Shown: piece after piece, positions 44,651 through 55,235 of the stretch
Numbering within the stretch: position 1 is the stretch's first letter
How the letters are laid out: each line of letters begins with the position of its first letter
Program-made: the position numbers and the translations under genes
Assembly (NCBI GenBank): GCA_963664225.1
Contig: OY760937.1
Location: forward strand, 2,720,001 to 2,784,000
Reading direction: 5' to 3'
DNA length: 64,000 nucleotides
From: Verrucomicrobiia bacterium
Lineage (GTDB): Bacteria; Verrucomicrobiota; Verrucomicrobiia; Limisphaerales; UBA1319
Notes under the pieces: model-generated
Told to the model about the DNA's origin: nothing
The model's database searches: none
The model's input: only the letters and a program-made list of their open reading frames with translations

Positions 44651-45256
44651 TCATGGCAGAGTGATGGGAGGTTTGGAGGAAACGCTCGTGCCTGGACTCG
44701 CCGGTTGTTGTTTTTCGACCTGCAGGCGGCCTTCGATGACCTCTAATCGGTTACTCACGGCCTGCAGCTGGGCGCGCACGAGGGTGGACTCCCTCACGGC
44801 GTCGCGGAACTCCTGGGTGCGCGCGTTGAGAGTGCGGAGCAATTGATCCAGCGATTGCACCTGATTCACCAGCACGCGAGAAGTGGCGCGCTGCTCGTTG
44901 AGCTCGGCGGTGAGCGCGTCGCGAAGCATAATCGTGGTGGTGCTGGCGGACGGCGAACCGGCCGGTGGCAGCACGAGCGCGGCAGGTGGCGTGAAGTTTG
45001 GACGGCTGGTCTGTTCGCGTCGATAGAGGGTGTGGGCTTCATGCAGCATATTGGGATCGCGCGGGTCCACGTAACGTCCGATGGTGTAGGGAGCGATCTG
45101 GTCGGGGAACCAGACGGTTTCGCGTTGGTCGGTTGGCAAGAGCGATACCGGGACCATGCGGCAAGGTGGGTTGACAGGTGGGTTGGACTTGCAACCCGTG
45201 TCGATGGCCAAAGCGAGGGTGAGGGTGACAAAGATAAACAACGGATGAGTTTTCAT
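44651..45256 (-). CDS. Conjugative lipoprotein (TraV/VirB7-like position)
   Basis: Lipobox-like IDTGC, YTIGRYVDPRDP, coiled-coil C-terminus; overlaps the VirB10-like stop. Confidence 0.55.
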   Translation of the reverse strand: MKTHPLFIFVTLTLALAIDTGCKSNPPVNPPCRMVPVSLLPTDQRETVWFPDQIAPYTIGRYVDPRDPNMLHEAHTLYRREQTSRPNFTPPAALVLPPAGSPSASTTTIMLRDALTAELNEQRATSRVLVNQVQSLDQLLRTLNARTQEFRDAVRESTLVRAQLQAVSNRLEVIEGRLQVEKQQPASPGTSVSSKPPITLP

Positions 45257-46254
45257 GGTTTGTTTGCGGGCGTGGATTGAACGGAGAAAGCTGCGGGGGG
45301 CGAGGCCGCGACGCGGAGATTGCCGATGCGCGCCTGCGAATGGTCGAGGGTCTGGATAATGTAGAGATACATCTGTTTGCCGGCAGCGACACGCACATAG
45401 ACGCCGTCACGGCGGATGGCCTCCAGCACCTGTTGTGCATACGTATTCATGACCTGACTGGTGCCCGCGAGCGCGGCGTTGCGCGCGGTACCGGAAATCT
45501 GGGAACCGAAGACCGTGGTGCGACTCTCCTGCAGCCCGGAAGCCACGGCGGACATGAAGGTCGCCAGAAACATTTTGATCTCGGCATTGGAGTCGCTCTT
45601 GCAGATTTGTCCCTTCAAACCCGCGCTGCCATCGGTAATGCCCCAGCCCGTACCCGAGCGACCTTCCTCTCGATCGAGGGCGATGCCCCGCACGACGAGT
45701 TCCTCGCCACTCTGCCACACAAGGGTCCACGATCCGCTCGCGACGATCCGCTCGCGCATCCGATCGATGCTGGCCTTGCCATGAACTTCCGTGCCAGCAG
45801 GGATAACAATACGGCCGTCATGCCAGAGGTCATCAGTGACCAGCGCAATGATGGGGGTGTCGATGTTGGCCGAGTCCACCGTGTTGACCAAAACGCAGCG
45901 GATCAGGCGTCCGGCGGGCGCATACAATCCGAGCGGCGGCGGATTCGTATCCGGCGGGAGTTGGACGTGGTAATGCAAAGCGACCAAGGGCGAGTTGGTT
46001 TTCACAGGCGGCGGCGGCAGGGGTGCCGGTGGCGCTGGGGGTGGTTGCGGTGAAAAGCTCACCACCGGAACAGTGGGGCGCTCGTAACGGGTCGTCTGGA
46101 CCGGTGCGCTGTTAGTGTAGAGGGTCATGTCCGGAGCCTTACGGTGTGGACGCAGGGCCACCGCGAGGCCCAGGATAAACAGGATGACCAAACCTGCCGC
46201 CGCAACGGCGGCTGGGCGGGAGACAATCGCATCGAAAATACGGGAGTTATTCAT
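45253..46254 (-). CDS. virB10: TrbI/VirB10-like T4SS protein
   Basis: N-terminal TM, Pro-rich linker, GRLIRCVLVNTVDS, IPAGTEVHG, DGSAGLKG, YVRVAAGKQMYLY. Confidence 0.8.
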   Translation of the reverse strand: MNNSRIFDAIVSRPAAVAAAGLVILFILGLAVALRPHRKAPDMTLYTNSAPVQTTRYERPTVPVVSFSPQPPPAPPAPLPPPPVKTNSPLVALHYHVQLPPDTNPPPLGLYAPAGRLIRCVLVNTVDSANIDTPIIALVTDDLWHDGRIVIPAGTEVHGKASIDRMRERIVASGSWTLVWQSGEELVVRGIALDREEGRSGTGWGITDGSAGLKGQICKSDSNAEIKMFLATFMSAVASGLQESRTTVFGSQISGTARNAALAGTSQVMNTYAQQVLEAIRRDGVYVRVAAGKQMYLYIIQTLDHSQARIGNLRVAASPPAAFSVQSTPANKP

Positions 46255-47488
46255 TGCAACCCAGGGAGATGCTAAAACTAAAACCAAAGCCCCCTTCCGC
46301 ACCTCGGAGGGAACGTCGATAGGAATGCACGTAGCGAGCCGGCAGAGAGTAAGAGCGCCTGGGCGGAACATAGATCGGGGTGTCATCCCTGGTCCAGGTT
46401 GAGACCATGGGCGACCGGCTGGAAAAGCCTTGTGAGAATGGCCTCGGCTGGACGCGTGCTGGAATCCGGTCGGCAGGGGCCTCATAGTCGGGCCAGCGTT
46501 CGACCCCCGCTGCGGCTCGAGCGCGAGGCGGCGCCTGAGGCTGGGCAATTACTGGAAGAATCGAAGTGCTGGCGGACGGCGGCGTTGCCGCAGCAGGCCT
46601 GATCTGCGGAGCCTCGGTCGCCTGCCACCGGGTCGAAGCTGGGGTGTTGGTTTGAGGTGCGGGTTGGAGTCGGTTGAGCAATACCATGAAATTATTTTTC
46701 GGCGAGAGGGCGTTGCGCGAGCCATCCGGCGTGCCGGTGATGGCAAAGTAGATTGGCACCAACGTTCGGGCGGGCAGATTGCCTGTGGCATCGGTGATGG
46801 ACTGGTAGTAGAGGCGTGTGCCGGCACGCACCATGAGACTCTCCGGGATGAACTGGATGGGGGTGCTCAATTTGTTACTGACACCGATACGGAAAATCAG
46901 CGTGTCCTCAGCGTCGAAACGGTACACTTCCTCGGTGCAAATCGTATAATCACCGTAGTCCCGCAGTGCTTTTGGTCTGACCACCTCGACCGCCGCGACC
47001 AGGGCCGGATGTTGCTGCTGGAGAAGGCCGTGCGCTTTGGCCGTGTCGAGCAGCCCGAGCAGCCTCGCTGGCGGCATGAGACGAGGCGTGGGATTGACGC
47101 CCGGCTCTGGCGGGGCCTCAAAGAGGACCGAAAGCCAGGGCTGGCGTGATTCGACCAGATCCAAAACGTAAGTTTGGCCTTTCCATGTCATGTTGAGCGT
47201 CGTGTTGGTATTGGCCACCAGTGCCCGCAACGAAAAGCTCGAAGAGCCGGGTTGAACCGAGAGCAGAAAGAGAGCGTCCGGGTGTGCCTCGGTGGTCACG
47301 AGCGCTGATTCCAAGTCGGAGGGCGGGCTGGGCAGACGCACGGTGGTCAGACGTTCCAACGCTATTGGAATCCGCGTTACCGCCATTGGATTCAACACAA
47401 GCCGTTGAATGGCGTTGCTCGGTTGCGCTGTGGCAGACACGGCTGCCAGCAGCGCAAATAACAGTGCTTTAGGGAGCAGGTTTTTCAT
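46247..47488 (-). CDS. VirB9/TraK-like exported T4SS protein
   Basis: Signal peptide, LTTVRLPS beta domain, position between VirB8-like and VirB10-like genes. Confidence 0.55.
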   Translation of the reverse strand: MKNLLPKALLFALLAAVSATAQPSNAIQRLVLNPMAVTRIPIALERLTTVRLPSPPSDLESALVTTEAHPDALFLLSVQPGSSSFSLRALVANTNTTLNMTWKGQTYVLDLVESRQPWLSVLFEAPPEPGVNPTPRLMPPARLLGLLDTAKAHGLLQQQHPALVAAVEVVRPKALRDYGDYTICTEEVYRFDAEDTLIFRIGVSNKLSTPIQFIPESLMVRAGTRLYYQSITDATGNLPARTLVPIYFAITGTPDGSRNALSPKNNFMVLLNRLQPAPQTNTPASTRWQATEAPQIRPAAATPPSASTSILPVIAQPQAPPRARAAAGVERWPDYEAPADRIPARVQPRPFSQGFSSRSPMVSTWTRDDTPIYVPPRRSYSLPARYVHSYRRSLRGAEGGFGFSFSISLGCNE

Positions 47489-48143
47489 ATCGCAGCGTGA
47501 ATTGGGTCACCAGGGTTGGCTGGCGCCGGTTGCGCAAGAGATCGGGATTAGGTTTGAGCGTCAATCGGAGCATGAAGGGAACGACCTCGGTGAACGGCAC
47601 TTTTTGGATCGCGCCCCAGCGGGCGAGTTGCCCGGTGATCTGCACCTGGACTTCTTCCGGGCGCGTTTCGATGGCATCGATGCGGCTGATTTGAGGTTTC
47701 TGCTGGATCTGCCGGTCATTGAATTCACTGGCGTCAGACGCCTTCAAGGCGGTGGCCTGCTCAAGGGCGCCCGGCGACAAAATCGCTTGCAGGATCTCCG
47801 GCTGATCGAAGTCCTTGGGATTACGGAGGAGTAGCGCGTTGGCGGCGAGCAGACCCTGCTGCACATGCAATTCCTTCGCCTCGATAAACCTGGCCCCAGG
47901 CGCCACAACGACATTGCCATTGGGGTCGAGGACGACAAATAAAACCTGCTGGCGCACGTTGGACAAGGCCACGCCAAGCGCGAGGGCATTTCCTATCAGG
48001 GCGAGCAGGGTCACCCAGAGGCTCAGCCGGGCCAGGCGGTCCTTGCCGGCCAGGAACGCCGAGGGGATGAGCAGTCTGCGGATGGGTTCGATTCGCTCCG
48101 AGAGGACTGGGGTGATGCGTTCGGTTTCCATGGTGTAGCTCAT
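47469..48143 (-). CDS. VirB8/TrbF-like T4SS protein
   Basis: Single TM, VVLDPNG, C-terminal beta strands ending NPDLLRNRRQPTLVTQF. Confidence 0.55.
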   Translation of the reverse strand: MSYTMETERITPVLSERIEPIRRLLIPSAFLAGKDRLARLSLWVTLLALIGNALALGVALSNVRQQVLFVVLDPNGNVVVAPGARFIEAKELHVQQGLLAANALLLRNPKDFDQPEILQAILSPGALEQATALKASDASEFNDRQIQQKPQISRIDAIETRPEEVQVQITGQLARWGAIQKVPFTEVVPFMLRLTLKPNPDLLRNRRQPTLVTQFTLRYEKPAP

Positions 48144-49237
48144 TTCTTTCGCGCAGCTTCAGCGATATCCCGGGCCTGCTGGTCGCCGCTGGGATCGCCC
48201 GGTTTAGGCTGCCAAGGTGCGGACGAAGGTCCTGCGGTGGCTGACCGAAAGGTGTCCAGGTTCTGCTCGCCGATTACCGAGTGGGTGTTCGGGGCCGGGG
48301 TTGCGGAAGCGTGCATGCGTTGCCAGACCTGGCCGGCACCGTGCAACGTGGCACTGACCGCCTGGCGCGCGCTGTGCGCCGCAACAGGAAGTCCGAAATA
48401 GGAAGGCAACCCAGTATTGGCCACGAGCTGGGAGGCGTGGGTAAGAACCTGCGCGGGCCCGGCCGAACCGACGATGAGCTTTTGGATGTACAAAGGTGCC
48501 AGGGCGGAAGAAACGAGAATCCAAATCGCCACGACACCCACCGCGAGCAATGTCTTAAGGCCATATCCCAGCGATCCAAGCACTGATCCGCCTCCAATGA
48601 AGTCCTGGGCGGCGGCGGCGTCCAGCAGCCCATCAGTAAACGTGGCTGCAAGTGCTAAACCTATGGGCCAGAGTATGATGCCTATTATACGCAGCAGATG
48701 TCGCAGCCCGAGGCTGCTGACAGGGCGGATGGCCAGGCAGGGAAATAAAAGAGGAGAGATGGCCCAGCACAAGAGGAGGATGGCGCGCTGGAGGTTATAT
48801 ACCAGGAAGAGCACTGCCATCGCCAACCAGGAGATGAGGGTGAGGACGGCATACATGATGGCCTCGAACCAATTGGCACTGAAAAGCGTGTCCCAGAACG
48901 ACGACTGATCCTGCCCACCGGGCGCGTTCTGGGCGGAGGCAAGTAACTCCTTGTATCTGGCCGCAACATTCTCCGGGCGGGCCGGGATGAATTGTTCGAT
49001 CCACTGTTGGACAAACATTTGGCCCGCAGTGACCAACTCGTGCGACTGGGCCAGCAACAGGACCACGAGAAACAGCAGCACCAGGAACTGGATAAGCCGG
49101 ATGGGAGAAGGCGGCCCGTGCCAGAATTCGACAGCGAAGGCGATGACCAACAGGATCATCGCCCAGGGCAGCAGTGCTGCGTTTAAATCAGCGCAGCTTT
49201 GCACGAACCGGGGGAATGTTTGTTCAAACGGAGTCAT
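48140..49237 (-). CDS. VirB6/TrbL-like polytopic T4SS membrane protein
   Basis: Multiple TM segments, ISPLLFPCL motif, position in operon. Confidence 0.65.
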   Translation of the reverse strand: MTPFEQTFPRFVQSCADLNAALLPWAMILLVIAFAVEFWHGPPSPIRLIQFLVLLFLVVLLLAQSHELVTAGQMFVQQWIEQFIPARPENVAARYKELLASAQNAPGGQDQSSFWDTLFSANWFEAIMYAVLTLISWLAMAVLFLVYNLQRAILLLCWAISPLLFPCLAIRPVSSLGLRHLLRIIGIILWPIGLALAATFTDGLLDAAAAQDFIGGGSVLGSLGYGLKTLLAVGVVAIWILVSSALAPLYIQKLIVGSAGPAQVLTHASQLVANTGLPSYFGLPVAAHSARQAVSATLHGAGQVWQRMHASATPAPNTHSVIGEQNLDTFRSATAGPSSAPWQPKPGDPSGDQQARDIAEAARKK

Positions 49238-49239
49238 AA

Positions 49240-49995
49240 TCAGGGCAGTCGTCGGCGCGGATCAGGGATGTGAACGGGCGTGGTGTCCGGGGTCAGAAAA
49301 TTGGCCAGCTTTTCGGAGGCCGCGTGAAAATCCGCCACGCGCTCCTCGCGGTGCGCCAGCTCCTGCCGGGCCGCGTCGGTCTGATTCTCGACGTGCTGGG
49401 CGAGCAACCGGTTCAGCGCCGCTTCGCGCTCCCGGTCAATCGCAGAGAGCTCCGCATTTTGTCCAGTGAGAATTCCTTGGAGTTTCTGGACTTCGGAGAG
49501 GGTCGAAGCGGCCTGTAACTGGGCCAGCGATTTCTGGATCTGCGCTCGCATCTGCTGTCGGCGTTCCTCGGTGTCGTGCATCACGTCCTCCATTGCGATC
49601 CTGGCCTGGGTGACTGCATCGAATTTTTTGTAGCTCTCGGTGGCGCGCTTGACCTGGCTGCCGTCGGCCGTCGTAATAACCTCGCCGGGCGGACGGTAGA
49701 GGCCATTGCCATCATAATGGAGTGCTGCCGCGCCGCTGGCTAGGCCACGCAACTCCTCCAAGGTTCGACCGACACCCGTGGTCCCCAGGCTGCGGATCAG
49801 GTCGGTCGCCGAACTGGGCTTGATGGACGCCGGATTGCCGAGGCGATCGAGTTCGGTCTTTAACTGGTCGAGTTGCTCCGTTGCCACACGCACGTTCTCA
49901 AGCACCTGGCCGAAGACGGAGGAATCCGTCACGGGTATCTGGCCGAAAGCCCGGCTGACCAACAGCAGGGCCAGAATAAAGATGAATCGTTTCAT
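49240..49995 (-). CDS. VirB5/TrbJ-like exported protein
   Basis: Signal peptide then QIPVTD, helical Gln-rich body, upstream of the VirB6-like gene. Confidence 0.6.
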   Translation of the reverse strand: MKRFIFILALLLVSRAFGQIPVTDSSVFGQVLENVRVATEQLDQLKTELDRLGNPASIKPSSATDLIRSLGTTGVGRTLEELRGLASGAAALHYDGNGLYRPPGEVITTADGSQVKRATESYKKFDAVTQARIAMEDVMHDTEERRQQMRAQIQKSLAQLQAASTLSEVQKLQGILTGQNAELSAIDREREAALNRLLAQHVENQTDAARQELAHREERVADFHAASEKLANFLTPDTTPVHIPDPRRRLP

Positions 49996-49997
49996 AA

Positions 49998-50405
49998 CTA
50001 CTCCTGTATCCGAATAGTGCGACGGGTCGGTTCCAATAAAATTTCGTTCTCCCAGTGTTCGGGGATTACCACATCGATGAGACGGTAGGATTGCTCAGGT
50101 TTGGTGCGCTGTTGATCCTGGAGATGCCAGTAGAGGGTCTTCACCGCATCGCCGCTGCCGCGAGTATATCCGTCAGAGTAAGCGTTTTTTTCGCTGCGAC
50201 TCTTCCATGCCTGAAATCCTTCGCTTAGCAAGACACCTGCCGCTGCTCCTCCAGCGGTGGCGATCGGATTGCCATTGCTGAGTTCGTAGCCAGCATAAGC
50301 TCCACCCGCGCCTAGCGCGGCGTCACTGAGTGGGCGTTGGAGGCCGGCACAGCCGCAGAGAATCGGCAGCGCCATCAGACCGGGTAATAGAATGTTTTTA
50401 AACAT
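49998..50405 (-). CDS. Small glycine-zipper lipoprotein
   Basis: Lipobox LCGC, ALGAGGAYAG...AGGAAAG; start overlaps the virB4 stop. Confidence 0.6.
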   Translation of the reverse strand: MFKNILLPGLMALPILCGCAGLQRPLSDAALGAGGAYAGYELSNGNPIATAGGAAAGVLLSEGFQAWKSRSEKNAYSDGYTRGSGDAVKTLYWHLQDQQRTKPEQSYRLIDVVIPEHWENEILLEPTRRTIRIQE

Positions 50406-53021
50406 GATTTGCATGGTTGAGGGTTGAAACGGGAGCCGCTGGAGGGACTTCGTGGGGTAACAAGGTGTAACGCACCGTACCGCAGACGGGCTGGCGCGCA
50501 TCGCTATGCCAGTATAGAAACTCACTGTGCTTTTCCCCGGTCTGCTGGTCCGGACGTGGAAATCGAAGGATCGCTTCCTGAGCGGCGCGGGAAAGCCCAA
50601 GGTCCTGGCTCAGGCGCTCGATATCGCGGCGGTCACCGGTGTTGAAGATCAGCCACGCGCGGGTGTTGCCAACGAGCGAAGCGCGAAGGGCCGTATCCGC
50701 AATGCGGGAGTATTGCTGAGACACAATGATCACCTGGACATTTAGCTTGCGAAATTGTTCGATTGACTCCCGCAGAATTGCCTCACCTCCAGGGATTTGC
50801 AGAAAACGTGAGACCTCCTCAACAACGAAACGTTTGAGAGCCTGCCGGGGCAGTGTCAGGCAGCGTTGCCGGGTCGCATGAAAAGCACCAATGCCAACGA
50901 CCTCCTTCATTTCTCTGGCTGCCTCGGGGATGAAGCCGAGTTCGAAATGGAGGACCGAGCTGGTTAACGACACGTTCGGAATACCATCGAACAAAATCCC
51001 GTAATTGCCCTCGCGTGTCCACGGGAACAGGAGCGTGGCCAGCCAACGACACTCTTCTTCATCTTCGTCCGACATGGAGAAATACTCCTGGAAGGCGCTG
51101 AGCGTGAGTTCCTCCTCAGGCTTCAGATAGGCAAAGGCCAAGTCGTGGACCTTGCGAGTTTGGGTGGCCTCGAAATCACGCACAGCGGATTCCGAAAGTC
51201 CAGCCAGCAGCGCGGCCGCCTCGTCCGGATGTTGGTGCTGCCAGTCGCGGAAATCCACGAAGGCCTCGGTTTCGGAAATCCGGTGTTTCCGAGCCCAGTT
51301 GTCCAACGCCAGGGCATGGCGGACAATTGCGTCGCGCTTTTCCTCAGGCCAGGTTTGGAGGCGCTCCTGGGCATGTTCATCGCAGAGTTGAGCAACAATG
51401 CGTGCGATAACCGCCGAGCGACGTTGCATCTGCTCTTCCCCGTTCCGGACGCCCGCCATCCGCAGGAGCGTGCCGGTGAACATGGCCCTGGTGATTGAAG
51501 TAAGTGGTGCTCCTTGCGTTGCGAAGATGGGCAGCGTCAGGGTCCCGTCCAGGCGCACGTCAATGACCTCCGCGCCGCAACTCTCGGTGTACGGAGCCAG
51601 TGAGCGGCCTTCTTCGATGATGGCGGTAAAGGCAATCATGCGCTCGTCTCGAATAGGATTTTCTGCAAGACCACGCTCTTGCCTGTTCCGATGGCTCCGA
51701 CGATGATCATGTTTTGGGGGGTCACCCCTGAACCTTCGCCCAAGAAGTTGACCAGATTCACGAGGTTGGCGTCCGCGCCGGGGAACAGGCAGTCCGTGGG
51801 GCCGGGGTGGCCGCCGAAACTGCCACACCAGGGCAACAGGTCCGCGGTGCTGCGGTCTTCCGCATAGTGCCGAAACCCCGAATGCCGACTCCACATCCAC
51901 CCAGGCATCGTCTTGGCAAAGAGCTGGCGCGAGGTGGCCGGTAGCGTAGCCTCATAGTATTGCGCGCCATTCATCGCCTGGATCGCACTTTTGACCGCTG
52001 CCGCTTTCGCGGCCAGTTCCTCGGATGTCCGGGCACGGACGATGACGATGAACTCAATTTCAAAGGGCACGCCCTCACCGCTGGCAAGTCGCCGAACTTT
52101 TTCGTCCATTTGGGCCCGCGCCACCGCCAGCCGTTCGTCCGGTTTGCGGGCCAATTGGTGATGGATACGGTCCAGAGCGGGCCGCAGGCGATTGAGGACG
52201 ATCTCCTTGTCCAAACGGTGGACGTGAACGGTTGTGGTGAAGTCGCCAAATGGCAAATGGACCAGGCGATGGATGATCGTGGGATACGTCTCAGTGGGCA
52301 GGCGCTTTAGCGTTAAAGCTAGATACAGCCACCCATCAAGGACAAAGCCCTGCCGCCCCAAACCACGCAACTCGGAGTGCCAAAAGCTCTCCAGGAGCGA
52401 GCGTTCAGGATCGAAATGCGTCGTTGGATCATAACTGACGCGCTCGCTGAAGGATGGATTGAGGGTATTAGCCCAAAGCCGAACGTGATCGGCTTCGGTG
52501 AGCGGAATCGCGCGTCCGCCTATGGGCTCTAAAGATTGATGGACGGTCTGCTTGAATTGGGCGAAGGCCGTCCGTGCTTCGCTTAACAAATGCGCATATT
52601 CCCGTTCACTGGGTTGCCGCAACCATGAAATGGTGTCCGGACTTAGGGGACATCCGAAAAAGATTACCACCCGCACGCAACGCAATTCATGCCTCTCCCG
52701 ACGCTGCGAAAGGGAAATGAAATTCGCGTTGCGCAAAAGCCGGGCGGCCGGATTGGCGCACTTTTCCGTCTGCCGCTGGTATTCCAGCAGGCGGAGGCCA
52801 TCGCCGCTATCCTGGAATTGGATTACCTGCAAAGACCAGTTTTCGGGCAGCAGACGCAGAATGAGGCCAATGACGTCCTGTGCCTGGTTCCGCTGTTCAA
52901 AAGATGTTTTCTGCATGTCAGGCATTTGGATCCAGAGGCCTGACGCGACGTGGCCGCCCGCCGGACCGGGGAATTGGATCAGGTCGCCAAAAACGTATCC
53001 GTCTGGTAATGTGTCAAACAT
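50398..53021 (-). pseudogene. virB4: VirB4-like conjugative ATPase split into two ORFs (53021-51636 and 51639-50398)
   Basis: First ORF ends just after Walker A (GAIGTGKS); second begins MIAFTAIIEEGRS and holds Walker B (VVEEV) and FRKLN..SQ; the junction is an ATGA overlap. Confidence 0.78.
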
Positions 53022-53349
53022 GGCGCAATGGATGTGGAGGGAATTGACGGGGCGGCACGGCGTGCCCGCCGGTGACGAGTGAATCGATCAGATCGAACAA
53101 ATACCCGGGAGGTCTCCCTTGATACCCGAGTCGTAAGAAGGCGACGACGGCGATCGCGGGGAGCGCGGCCCAGCCAAGGGCATCGAGGAAGTCGCTGCCC
53201 AGCCCGTAGTAAAGGCCGGTGAAAAGGCCCAGGCTGGCGAGCAGCCCAAGGCCTATCCACGGGAATAGGGCTGTCTCGATGCCGAGGAATGCTCCTTGGA
53301 ATTCGTCGGCGCTGTGCGTGGCGGTTAGACGGAGGTCATCTTCGTTCAT
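53014..53349 (-). CDS. VirB3-like membrane protein
   Basis: Two TM segments, QGRPPGYLFD, between the pilin-like gene and virB4. Confidence 0.6.
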   Translation of the reverse strand: MNEDDLRLTATHSADEFQGAFLGIETALFPWIGLGLLASLGLFTGLYYGLGSDFLDALGWAALPAIAVVAFLRLGYQGRPPGYLFDLIDSLVTGGHAVPPRQFPPHPLRHV

Positions 53350-53363
53350 ATGCGGAAACCTCT

Positions 53364-53822
53364 TTACATTTGTGTGCCAGCCAACTTGGCGAAGTAATAG
53401 ACAAGTGGTACGGCCATGACGAGGATGAAGCCCGCGGTCAGCGCGACCACGCCGTCGAGGTGCCGCCCTTGCGCGATTTGAATGGCGCCATAGGCCACTA
53501 AGCAAACTCCAAGCAAGATCAGCACCCAGGAGAGGAATTCAAGAAATGACTTAATAGCCTCCTTCGGATTTACTTGGGCCAATACCACACTGGGCTGGGC
53601 TGCTGTCAGCCACAATGCATGGCCGTTGGAAGAGCCAGCAACTGGCAGTGGCAGTGCAGGCGCGGCGAGCGCAGGCGACAGAGCGAAGGCAAGCAGCGTC
53701 GGAGCGATGTGGCGGGCCAGCGCCCGCCGCCAAAGCAATGCGAGGCCTGCGAGAAAGGATGGGCCGAAGGCGCGCCCGGCGATTGGCAAGGCGCGAACCA
53801 GAGAATTATTTGTGTTTTGCAT
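53364..53822 (-). CDS. VirB2/TrbC-like pilin precursor
   Basis: Long leader ending VVLAQ, then two hydrophobic helices; first gene of the T4SS run. Confidence 0.6.
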   Translation of the reverse strand: MQNTNNSLVRALPIAGRAFGPSFLAGLALLWRRALARHIAPTLLAFALSPALAAPALPLPVAGSSNGHALWLTAAQPSVVLAQVNPKEAIKSFLEFLSWVLILLGVCLVAYGAIQIAQGRHLDGVVALTAGFILVMAVPLVYYFAKLAGTQM

Positions 53823-53866
53823 GATCGTTTTTTTATTCGTGGTTTTCAGGCGCGTAGTGCGTTCAC

Positions 53867-54527
53867 TTAACTCTTCCGTTTGTTAGGGCGCGTTGGTTGC
53901 GCGGAAAGTGGCAGGTCGGCATTTCGGCGGTCCCTGATGGGCGACGCGGCGGGAACCATCCAGTGATGCCGGAGTAGGATTTCTTGCATCTGGAGCCGAA
54001 TGCGGTAAAACCGGCTCTTGAGACTGGACTGCGAGACGCGAGGTTCATCTTTAGAGCAATTCAGCAATTTCTTTGAGGGATAATCCTTTTTCATATTTTA
54101 AGCGGATAAGTTGTTGATCTTTGATGGACAAATGTTGCAGTGCTTCGTTAAGTTCCGCCCGGAGGTCGGCCAGCCAGAGATTGTGCACAATTGCTTGGTC
54201 AGCAATTTTCAGATCATCGTAGAGGGAGGTCAGCAAGTTACGTGTCCTCTGTTCCTTACGGCTGCTGTCAATGCCGTCGAAGAAAATAATGCTCAGGAGC
54301 AGGGATTCGAATGACCCTTTAGAGGGATCGAAACTCAGAAGAGCTTCGAGCATGGCCCCATTTACAACGAATTCTGGATCTGAAATGCCCCTGCGCCGGG
54401 CGAAGCATAAGGCCAGACCGAGATGCTCATCATTAAGTTGCTTGAATAGCAGTTCCTGCTCAGGCGTGAATGGCTGGCCGGCCTCTACGGATTGGTTTTG
54501 CTTGCGCTTGCGATGAGGCTTTTTCAT
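53867..54527 (-). pseudogene. ECF sigma-70 factor with a frameshift in region 4
   Basis: FDPSKGSFESLL (region 2) and LNEALQHLSIKDQQLIRLKYEKGLSLKEIAELL-stop at 54051; the adjacent frame continues VSQSSLKSRFYRIRLQMQEIL. Confidence 0.72.
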
Positions 54528-54885
54528 AATTTGATCCGATTCGGCATTGTTGTTTCGTTTTCGACTCCGCGACCCAACCATCCGGTGAGGCGCACGTCCC
54601 ATCAGAGCAGATTCATATAAACCTTGGGGTGATTTCCGTTTAGCCACTCGGAATAAACCCTTCGCTGGTGCGGAAAGCAGGCGGTTGCGGGGCTAAAAAA
54701 CGGGCGAAATCCCAAATAAAATGACAAATTTCGAGAACGTGAAAAAGTATCCGCCCATTGGAAGACTGGCGTGGTAAGGATTTTGAGTGTGCCAATTTCG
54801 TCCGCCAACGGCACACTGCGGAACCGTGCGAAATTGCCATTACTGGCTTAGAAAATACACAGCCATTCCATGGCAACACATAGAT

Positions 54886-54898
54886 AATCAACAAGTTG
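54886..54898 (+). promoter_or_regulatory. IHF consensus site in the AT-rich divergent control region
   Basis: AATCAA-CAAG-TTG matches WATCAANNNNTTR. Confidence 0.4.
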
Positions 54899-55235
54899 TG
54901 ATAGTTCTATTTGAAAAAAAACAGAGGTTGTTTTTGCTTGTACGAAAAGTTCTACGTTCAAAATGCCAATTAAAACGATCTTTTTTCACTCTGAGCAGGT
55001 CAATTCCTATGGGATCGCTGTGCAAAATTTAGGGTTATGATTGGAACGCGAATACCAGCACATGGAAGCGATATTGACACGGAGACTGCCCATTGGGAGT
55101 CCGTATGAAGCTATAGGATTTCGAATACTTGAGGATAAGAACGACAGTGCGTCGTGTCCGCTGCAGCAAAGAATCGAGGTGTATCTCTGGTTCGGGATCC
55201 GCAGCGAAAAAGCCTGATACCATAGTTCTTCTGGC

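Noticed and set aside
46255..46548. Extended N-terminus of the VirB10-like ORF
   Set aside because: Overlaps the upstream gene; ATG 46254 gives a normal TM-first start coupled to the upstream stop.
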